From IMG/VR virus record IMGVR_UViG_3300032219_000773, positions 1 to 25,542 of that record: 25,542 nt of DNA; one strand, written 5' to 3'. Shown here piece by piece: positions 15,944-21,749 of this stretch. This DNA is from a virus. Its lineage: Duplodnaviria; Caudoviricetes. The first letter of the stretch is position 1. Every line of letters begins with the position of its first letter. A program made the translations under genes and the position numbers. The notes beneath the pieces were generated by a model. It worked only from the letters and a program-made list of their open reading frames with translations. It had not been told where the DNA came from and made no database searches.

Positions 15944-18253
15944 TTGGACTTCGTCGATTATATTTCAAAAGTCGCCCCTGAGGGTGAAACTTGCCTGTTA
16001 GTGCGTCAAAAGCCTGTTGGTTCTGAACAACACGCCGACGGCACGATTAAGGCGACATGGCCAGCCTTTTACCCGAGCGAGTACAAGGAGGGCGGCGCGT
16101 GGTACTGCAACACCGCGTCTTTTCATATCGATCGGTTAGGTAAACGCCCAAGCGCGTCGATCCACAACTGCACCCACGTTGCCTTTTTAGTGTTAGATGA
16201 CGTGGGCACTAAGAGCAAAGCACCTCCGCTTGAACCGACGTGGAAGATCGAAACCTCACCGGATAACTTCCAATGGGGGTATACCTTTGCGCTTGACGAT
16301 CAACCTAAACATGAGGAGTTTAGCGCGGCCATTAAGGCTATAGCCGAGGCTGGGTTCACGGACAAAGGCGCAACCAACGCCGTACGCAACTTTAGGATAC
16401 CTGGCAGCGTCAACCTAAAGCCCGAGCGCAACGGGTTCAAGTCGATCCTGACCGAGTTTCACCCCGCGCGTGAGTTTAGTTTGCCGCAGATTATGGGTGC
16501 GTTTGGGGTGACTTCAGGCCCCATAGAATCCGTATACAAACCGATTCATGTTGATGACGACGGCACCGACACGATTTTTGCATGGTTGGCCGAGAATAGC
16601 CTTGTTATCTCGCGCCCCAATAGTGAAGGTTGGGCCGGTGTGGTGTGCCCCAACAGTCACGAGCATACCGATGGCAACCCGCAAGGGCGTTACAACCCGT
16701 CTATGCGTGCGTATTGCTGTTTGCATTCGCATTGCTTGCAACTTGATAGCCACATCTTTCTTGAGTGGGTCGAGGGGCAGGGCGGCCCGAGTGCAGCGCC
16801 TGGATTGCGCGACGATTTACTGGCGTCCGTCATGGCCAAGACCTATGCAATTATTGCGCCTACCGCAGCGTTTCCGGATGACGTCAAAAAGCGCCAAGAC
16901 GAGATAGAAGTACGCGAGTTGGGCCGCGTACAGAAAAAGGAGTGGTTCGGGCGATTTGCGTATATCCAAAGCGATGATTCGTATTTTGATATGCAAGACC
17001 GACGCGAGATTAGCCGAGGCACCTTTAACGCGCTATACCGGCACATTGTGTGCAAATCGATCCGTACCGGTCGCCACGTTGAGGCGTCCGTGTGCTTTGA
17101 TGAGTTACGCCAAGAGAACGGCGCTCCTGCATTAATCGGCATAACCTATGCGGCCGGTGAAACCGTGCTTGTTAGCCGAGGCGGTGACGTCTACGGTAAC
17201 CGGTGGCGCGATGCCAGACCTGTGGCCTTGCCTGGTGACATCACACCGTGGCTTGATCATTGCAAGCGCTTAGTACCTGAACCCGCCGAGCTCGAACATT
17301 GCTTTGATGTAATGGCGTTTAAATTGCAGCGCCCCGAAATTAAGATTAACCATGCCGTACTTCACGCCGGTTTACAGGGTTGCGGTAAGGACACTATGTG
17401 GGCGCCGTTTATATGGTCCGTGTGTGGCCCGAACAGCGTTAACCGTGGCCTGTTAGATTCTGACACCATGTCGTCGCAGTTTAATTATGCGCTCGAGAGC
17501 GAGATACTGATACTGAACGAGTTACGCGAACCTGATGCAAAGGATAGGCGTGCCCTTGCCAATCGTCTTAAACCGGTGATCGCGGCCCCACCTGAGTACT
17601 TGTCGGTTAACCGTAAGGGTCTACACCCCTATGACATGGCAAACCGTCTATTTGTACTGGCGTTCTCAAACGACCCCGTACCTATAGTGCTAGATAGTCA
17701 GGACCGCCGTTGGTTTGCGATTCGCTCGAACGCCCCGCGCATGACACCGGCCGCCGGTGCCGCGATATGGAAATGGTTTAGCGCCGGTGGCCTGTCGGCC
17801 GTGGCCGCGTGGTTATACGCGCGCGACGTGCGCGCCTTTAATCCTGGTGCGACCCCACCTATAACCGAATTTAAGGATACCTTGGTCGAACAGGGTATGA
17901 GTGCTAACGAGTCGTACCTAGTCGATATGATTCGCGACCGGCGCGGTGTGTTCGCAACAGGCGTTATAGCGAGCCCCTTTCATGCGGTGTGCGATACCCT
18001 ATCGCTTAACGCTCCAGGCACCTATAAGGTGTCGCAGGGCGCGCTATTACACGCATTGCTTGAGTGCAATTGGGTAGACCTAGGCCGGATTGCGTCGCGT
18101 GACTTTGCGACCAAAAAACAGATATATTGCGCGCCGGATGTGACCGGCCTTAAAAAGTCAGAGCTGCGCGCGATGGCCGAGGGCGTGGTAGCGCGCGCGG
18201 ATACCCCTTTGGCGTCCGTGTCTAAACTCAAGGTAGTAAAAAGCGCCCCGTAG
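15944..18253 (+). CDS. Primase-helicase (RepB-like primase, Cys/His module, SF3/DUF5906-like helicase)
   Basis: LVLDDVG...PTWKIETSPDNFQWGY...RNFRIPGSVNLK; CPNSHEH...CLHSHC; GLQGCGKDT Walker A; LNE; FSN; DRRW. TTG start with good SD. Confidence 0.88.
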   Translation: MDFVDYISKVAPEGETCLLVRQKPVGSEQHADGTIKATWPAFYPSEYKEGGAWYCNTASFHIDRLGKRPSASIHNCTHVAFLVLDDVGTKSKAPPLEPTWKIETSPDNFQWGYTFALDDQPKHEEFSAAIKAIAEAGFTDKGATNAVRNFRIPGSVNLKPERNGFKSILTEFHPAREFSLPQIMGAFGVTSGPIESVYKPIHVDDDGTDTIFAWLAENSLVISRPNSEGWAGVVCPNSHEHTDGNPQGRYNPSMRAYCCLHSHCLQLDSHIFLEWVEGQGGPSAAPGLRDDLLASVMAKTYAIIAPTAAFPDDVKKRQDEIEVRELGRVQKKEWFGRFAYIQSDDSYFDMQDRREISRGTFNALYRHIVCKSIRTGRHVEASVCFDELRQENGAPALIGITYAAGETVLVSRGGDVYGNRWRDARPVALPGDITPWLDHCKRLVPEPAELEHCFDVMAFKLQRPEIKINHAVLHAGLQGCGKDTMWAPFIWSVCGPNSVNRGLLDSDTMSSQFNYALESEILILNELREPDAKDRRALANRLKPVIAAPPEYLSVNRKGLHPYDMANRLFVLAFSNDPVPIVLDSQDRRWFAIRSNAPRMTPAAGAAIWKWFSAGGLSAVAAWLYARDVRAFNPGATPPITEFKDTLVEQGMSANESYLVDMIRDRRGVFATGVIASPFHAVCDTLSLNAPGTYKVSQGALLHALLECNWVDLGRIASRDFATKKQIYCAPDVTGLKKSELRAMAEGVVARADTPLASVSKLKVVKSAP

Positions 18254-18258
18254 GGCGC
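18238..18258 (-). terminator. Intrinsic terminator of the minus-strand early operon
   Basis: Minus strand GCGCCC-TACG-GGGCGC-TTTTT: UNCG tetraloop closed by C-G, then U-tract. Confidence 0.75.
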
Positions 18259-18280
18259 CGTGTGGTGTGGGTGTGGTGTG

Positions 18281-18343
18281 CTACAGGTCGAATACTAGGA
18301 TTAATAAAATAACTGTAGCGGCCGCGACAAGTGAGATAGTCAT
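18281..18343 (-). CDS. 20-aa hydrophobic micropeptide (not in ORF track)
   Basis: MTISLVAAATVILLILVFDL; ATG overlaps upstream TGA (ATGA); ends just before the terminator. Confidence 0.55.
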   Translation of the reverse strand: MTISLVAAATVILLILVFDL

Positions 18344-18543
18344 AGCGGCATCAATCCGGCAAACAAAGGGTTAAGGCGCGGGATATAGGCGCCGATATCA
18401 CACGGGAACACGCGCTTAATATATCCGCGCTCACACATCGAACGCAAGGTTACCGTGTCGCCTATTGAATAGACGGTATACGGCCGGTTGCGAACGTGTA
18501 CCACGTCGCCCACATCTACGGTTTGGCCTGTTTTATATTTCAT
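18340..18543 (-). CDS. Hypothetical small beta-barrel (SH3/KOW-like) protein
   Basis: MKYKTGQTVDVGDVVHV pattern; ATGA-coupled; SD GAGGT. Confidence 0.65.
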   Translation of the reverse strand: MKYKTGQTVDVGDVVHVRNRPYTVYSIGDTVTLRSMCERGYIKRVFPCDIGAYIPRLNPLFAGLMPL

Positions 18544-18815
18544 TCTGATACCTCAATCTCAAAATAATAGGAATAATCTAACGTAGTGGAATCGTTCGGG
18601 TCGTCGGGGTTTGCCAAGATAAACACGTTACAAAATACTCGGTTTGGGTTTTCGTCGTCTAACCAAAAACACAATGAATAGTTACCCTTGTGGGCCCATA
18701 CGGTTTCGCTGTTTAACTCGGTTTCTACATCTTTTAACGCCTCAAAAATCAATTGCCTATCCGGCATATCAGAATCAGCGCCATCAAATTGCACGTCGGG
18801 TATAAAGTATTTCAT
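18540..18815 (-). CDS. Hypothetical acidic protein
   Basis: 91 aa, strongly Asp/Glu-rich with aromatics; tightly packed in operon. Confidence 0.7.
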   Translation of the reverse strand: MKYFIPDVQFDGADSDMPDRQLIFEALKDVETELNSETVWAHKGNYSLCFWLDDENPNRVFCNVFILANPDDPNDSTTLDYSYYFEIEVSE

Positions 18816-18817
18816 GG

Positions 18818-19042
18818 TTAATCTCTCACAATGTAAAAAACACTACCTGAACCAATAACGCGCGTAGCGTTAAAAGCCACGGCTAGGGTAAGTTTCCAAT
18901 CCTTTCGGTTAGCGCCGGTAAAGCGCGCAGGACGCTCGTAGATATAGCGTTTTTGGTCGTCGTGTACGTCAATAGTGTTACGCATTGTCGGGGTTAAGAA
19001 ACCTGGTTCACCGGCGCGTATAGTTTTAATGTGGTTTAGCAT
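18818..19042 (-). CDS. Hypothetical protein
   Basis: TAATG-coupled; SD AAGGA. Confidence 0.65.
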   Translation of the reverse strand: MLNHIKTIRAGEPGFLTPTMRNTIDVHDDQKRYIYERPARFTGANRKDWKLTLAVAFNATRVIGSGSVFYIVRD

Positions 19043-19230
19043 TATCTGATATCCTTTTTAGGTGTACGGGGCGCGTAAAAACGCGTACCAAGGTGGACCC
19101 AATAGCCGTACTGATTGAATGTATACACTTGCCACGGCCGCACGACGCGGGCGCGGCCGTCGGGGCCGGTCGAGTAAATAACGGGCTCGGGCTCGAACAT
19201 ATACCCGTCGCGCTCGAATGCTGTTTTCAT
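19042..19230 (-). CDS. Hypothetical protein
   Basis: Coupled on both sides (ATGA, TAATG). Confidence 0.65.
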   Translation of the reverse strand: MKTAFERDGYMFEPEPVIYSTGPDGRARVVRPWQVYTFNQYGYWVHLGTRFYAPRTPKKDIR

Positions 19231-19400
19231 AGATACCCCACAATGCCGATATCATCGGACACTTCGACGACCCAATAAACAGGACCCCACGGTATCGCTT
19301 TGTAGGTATACTCGTCGTCGTCGTGCGCGCATTGGCGCGCGATATCTAGGGCCGTATGCTTTGGATGCAATAGGTCCGGTTTCAATTCGTTATTAGTCAT
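19227..19400 (-). CDS. Hypothetical 57-aa protein
   Basis: Likely start at 19400 (TAATG overlap, SD GGAG) rather than 19415. Confidence 0.6.
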   Translation of the reverse strand: MTNNELKPDLLHPKHTALDIARQCAHDDDEYTYKAIPWGPVYWVVEVSDDIGIVGYL

Positions 19401-20107
19401 TATGCTTTGCTCCAAAATTTAATCGCTTGCTCGGCCTTTTTGGCACCGGTCCCGTGCGCGGGAAAACCAATAATGGTTTTACGATCTGAGATCGCGCATA
19501 GTCCGCACGTCATGCACGTAATGTCGTCGCGCGTATAGGTTGGGCAAATCACCACACGGCGCCCGCATGGCGTGGTGGTGTTTTCTAGTTGATCGCTTGG
19601 CAACACGACGACGACAGGCCCTAGTTGATAATTTGATAGGGTATCGGCGTGTTCTAGCGTGTTGGCGCTCAGGTTTACAGTAAAACCCCAATCGTTAGCG
19701 CCACGGATATATTTAGCGTTGTTGCCCAGCAAAGGGTTGCAGTGTGTGTACGCAATGACACGCTTGCCGATATTGGCTTGGACCAAGTGTCCGAGCGCTT
19801 CGCCGTCGATGTGGCCCGCTTGGTTGGGTAGATCGCCCGCTTGGCCATAGCGCCATAGCGTGGCCGGTGGCAGCGCTTCAATGGCGTTACAGAACGTGGA
19901 CCAATCGGTTCCGGCCGTGCCCGCATCAACACGGTTCCATAGAAAATTCAGGCCGTAATTTTCGGCATAACATCCGGCCTTTTTAAAGGGGCACACGTCG
20001 GGACACGTCGCGCGCGATGTCGTGCTAACAGGGATAGGTCCGGTTTTAACGTTAGATGACTTTGGTGTAAGGTGTACTTGGTACAAGTTTACGCAAGAGT
20101 ATTTCAT
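19400..20107 (-). CDS. Cys-rich radical-SAM-like phage protein (gp88-like)
   Basis: SSNVKTGPI...CPDVCPFKKAGCYA; WRYGQAGDL; YTH; VNLSAN; C-terminal CP-x8-CMTCGLC; IGFPAHG; SD AAGGT. Confidence 0.65.
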   Translation of the reverse strand: MKYSCVNLYQVHLTPKSSNVKTGPIPVSTTSRATCPDVCPFKKAGCYAENYGLNFLWNRVDAGTAGTDWSTFCNAIEALPPATLWRYGQAGDLPNQAGHIDGEALGHLVQANIGKRVIAYTHCNPLLGNNAKYIRGANDWGFTVNLSANTLEHADTLSNYQLGPVVVVLPSDQLENTTTPCGRRVVICPTYTRDDITCMTCGLCAISDRKTIIGFPAHGTGAKKAEQAIKFWSKA

Positions 20108-20137
20108 AGTTTTACCTTAGTGAAGTTAAGTTTAAGT

Positions 20138-20209
20138 TTAGAGAAAACAGGCAAGTATTAGCGCGACACACATTAAAAGCGCGGCCACGATATCGGAAAA
20201 TTTAGACAT
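20138..20209 (-). CDS. 23-aa hydrophobic micropeptide (not in ORF track)
   Basis: MSKFSDIVAALLMCVALILACFL; SD AAGGGG; overlaps upstream stop by 8 nt. Confidence 0.55.
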   Translation of the reverse strand: MSKFSDIVAALLMCVALILACFL

Positions 20210-20378
20210 TGGTTAGCCCCTTGTCGCGAATCACTTCAAACGCGGCCTGTTTTAATTCGCGATTGGTCGCGCTTGAGAAATCAATATCAGTAATCATTAG
20301 CGCCATGTGAACGTCTAGCGCTTGTTCGGCGCTTAGTTCAGGGAACCATTTATTTATGTCGCGGGTAACTTTATTCAT
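20202..20378 (-). CDS. Hypothetical 58-aa protein (not in ORF track)
   Basis: MNKVTRDINKWFPELSAEQALDVHMALMITDIDFSSATNRELKQAAFEVIRDKGLTNV; SD AAGGG. Confidence 0.65.
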   Translation of the reverse strand: MNKVTRDINKWFPELSAEQALDVHMALMITDIDFSSATNRELKQAAFEVIRDKGLTNV

Positions 20379-20398
20379 GTCGAGCCCTTTAGAATAAT

Positions 20399-20415
20399 GG
20401 CCGCGAAGCGCGGCC
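20399..20415. promoter_or_regulatory. GC-rich hairpin between the first two early genes
   Basis: GGCCGCG-AAG-CGCGGCC, 7-bp perfect stem. Confidence 0.5.
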
Positions 20416-20423
20416 GGTTTGGT

Positions 20424-20612
20424 TTAGCAAATGAAATCGGGGTGAGTAGTAACGTGAAAAACTTCAGCTAAAGCGCGTAATTCGGTTTGCTCTGTTTTAC
20501 GTAATGATGCGCGAATCATGAATGACAGAATGCGCGCAATAGCGCCGGTGTTGCCGAGTGCTTGGTATTGCTTGAGTGTTGCGACTTGTTTTTGGTTTGC
20601 TTTTGTTAGCAT
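20424..20612 (-). CDS. Hypothetical protein, first gene of early operon
   Basis: MLTKANQKQVATLK...; start at 20612 preferred because 20654 falls inside the promoter motif. Confidence 0.6.
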   Translation of the reverse strand: MLTKANQKQVATLKQYQALGNTGAIARILSFMIRASLRKTEQTELRALAEVFHVTTHPDFIC

Positions 20613-20645
20613 GATGTGTCTACCAGGTTGGTTAAGTGAGATTCT

Positions 20646-20707
20646 ATTGTACATGAATTTATAGCAGTGTACAGTTATTTATAGCATAAAGCTCACAAAA
20701 GCTCACA
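20646..20707 (-). promoter_or_regulatory. Early promoter with direct repeats
   Basis: Minus-strand TACAAT (20651-20646); TGTACA-nnn-ATTTATAGCA x2 at 20-bp period (20648-20686); AAAGCTCACA x2 (20688-20707). Confidence 0.6.
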
Positions 20708-20711
20708 ATTT

Positions 20712-20957
20712 TGTGGGTCGTGTGGGTCGCGTGTGGGTCATAAAATCGTACCAGGATTGCCTACATAAAATGCCATATGGATTAAGGGTTTAGGTGACTT
20801 GTGGGTCATGTAGGTAATAGAAATAGTTGATAATCAAGTTTTAATATTTTACTGTATATACATACAGGCTTATTTTGAGATGGGGCGCAATCGCGCCAAA
20901 CCCCGATAGACCGGCGCCGATTTAAATCGATGACCCACATTGCCCACATGACCTACA
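20712..20957. repeat. Putative replication origin: 9-bp iterons (TGTRGGYMA-like) converging on an AT-rich core
   Basis: Plus copies at 20712, 20721, 20732, 20800, 20809; inverted copies at 20757, 20931, 20940, 20949; AT-rich stretch ~20818-20880. Confidence 0.7.
20827..20869 (+). promoter_or_regulatory. SOS-type promoter with LexA box
   Basis: TTGATA (20827-20832), 17 bp, TACTGT (20850-20855); CTGTATATACATACAG at 20852-20867; 17/20 match to TACTGTATATATATACAGTA. Confidence 0.75.
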
Positions 20958-20993
20958 TTGTCAAATTGGCAAGTAATTTACTGGCTATTTTCC

Positions 20994-21121
20994 CTAAGAC
21001 TTAGTGAGTATTTGACACTAAGACTTAGTGAGTGTTATTAAGCAATCCTTTATGTTGCACTGCACAATGCTGCACTGCACCAGGCTGTTGTTGGTTGTCC
21101 AACAACCTAAGACTTAGTGAG
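20994..21121. promoter_or_regulatory. Three copies of palindromic operator CTAAG-A-CTTAG(TGAG)
   Basis: Identical 15-mers starting at 20994, 21018 and 21107; copy 2 directly follows TTGACA (21012-21017). Confidence 0.7.
21056..21082 (+). promoter_or_regulatory. Tandem TGC-N3-GCA boxes (PhaR/AniA-type)
   Basis: TGCACTGCACAA (21056-21067) and TGCACTGCACCA (21071-21082). Confidence 0.5.
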
Positions 21122-21281
21122 CTTGTGGGTTGTCCAACAACTCGGCTACCAGGCTCTCGGCCAAAAAGCAAAATCCTGGGGGGTAGGGGGGGAGGGCCCT
21201 GCCGGTCACAGCCGCTAGCGGAGGGTTCACGCTCAAAATTTTTTTATATAATAAATTGCCTACATGACCTACAATCGCAAA

Positions 21282-21749
21282 ATGTTATCTCTACACTTCA
21301 CACCCCGCGAAGTCCGCGCCACCGAGTCGCGTTTGTTGCGCGTCTACGAAGCTGCGCGTCTAGGTCTGTCTAATGACGCGCTTGCGTTGAAGGCTGGCAT
21401 GATGCCCGAGGAGTTTCGTAAACTCTGCCAGCTAGACCCTGTGGTCGAGTTAGCCGCCATGCAAGGCCGTGCGGAAGCGGAAGCGACCATGTCGCAAGTC
21501 GTGTACGACGCAGCCGTGGGCGGCGACGCCAAGATGGCGTTGGAGTTCTTAAAACACAAGCACGATTGGGTTGCCAAGCAGCAAGTGCAGGTGGACGTCA
21601 CGCAACAGATCAGCATCATCACAGCGCTTGAGCAAGCCGAACAACGGTTAACTATAGATATGGAACCCACGGATGCAAACGACACAGTACAGCGCCGCCG
21701 AAGAGATGGCTCTAATGAGCCGTCTTTGGTCGCCCAAGATCAAAGATGA
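21282..21749 (+). CDS. terS: Terminase small subunit (putative)
   Basis: HTH-like N-terminus, GDAKMALEFLKHKHDW helix, directly upstream of and overlapping terL; start at 21282 preferred to 21264. Confidence 0.7.
   Translation: MLSLHFTPREVRATESRLLRVYEAARLGLSNDALALKAGMMPEEFRKLCQLDPVVELAAMQGRAEAEATMSQVVYDAAVGGDAKMALEFLKHKHDWVAKQQVQVDVTQQISIITALEQAEQRLTIDMEPTDANDTVQRRRRDGSNEPSLVAQDQR

Noticed and set aside
1407-18231. Numerous nested/antisense ORFs within large genes
   Set aside because: No motifs or initiation signals; expected by-products of codon bias.
20138-20209. LILAC as a lipobox (o-spanin or exclusion lipoprotein)
   Set aside because: Only two residues follow the Cys; kept as a micropeptide instead.
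20827-20837. TTGAT-A-ATCAA as FNR or Fur box
   Set aside because: FNR needs a 4-bp spacer and only one GATAAT unit is present; better explained as the -35 of the SOS promoter.
20688-21141. Repeats as a CRISPR mini-array
   Set aside because: Repeats are 9-15 bp, irregularly spaced and in both orientations, without unique ~30-bp spacers.
21032-21373. 113-aa Cys-rich ORF
   Set aside because: Translation of regulatory repeats and the G-tract; no SD; overlaps terS out of frame.
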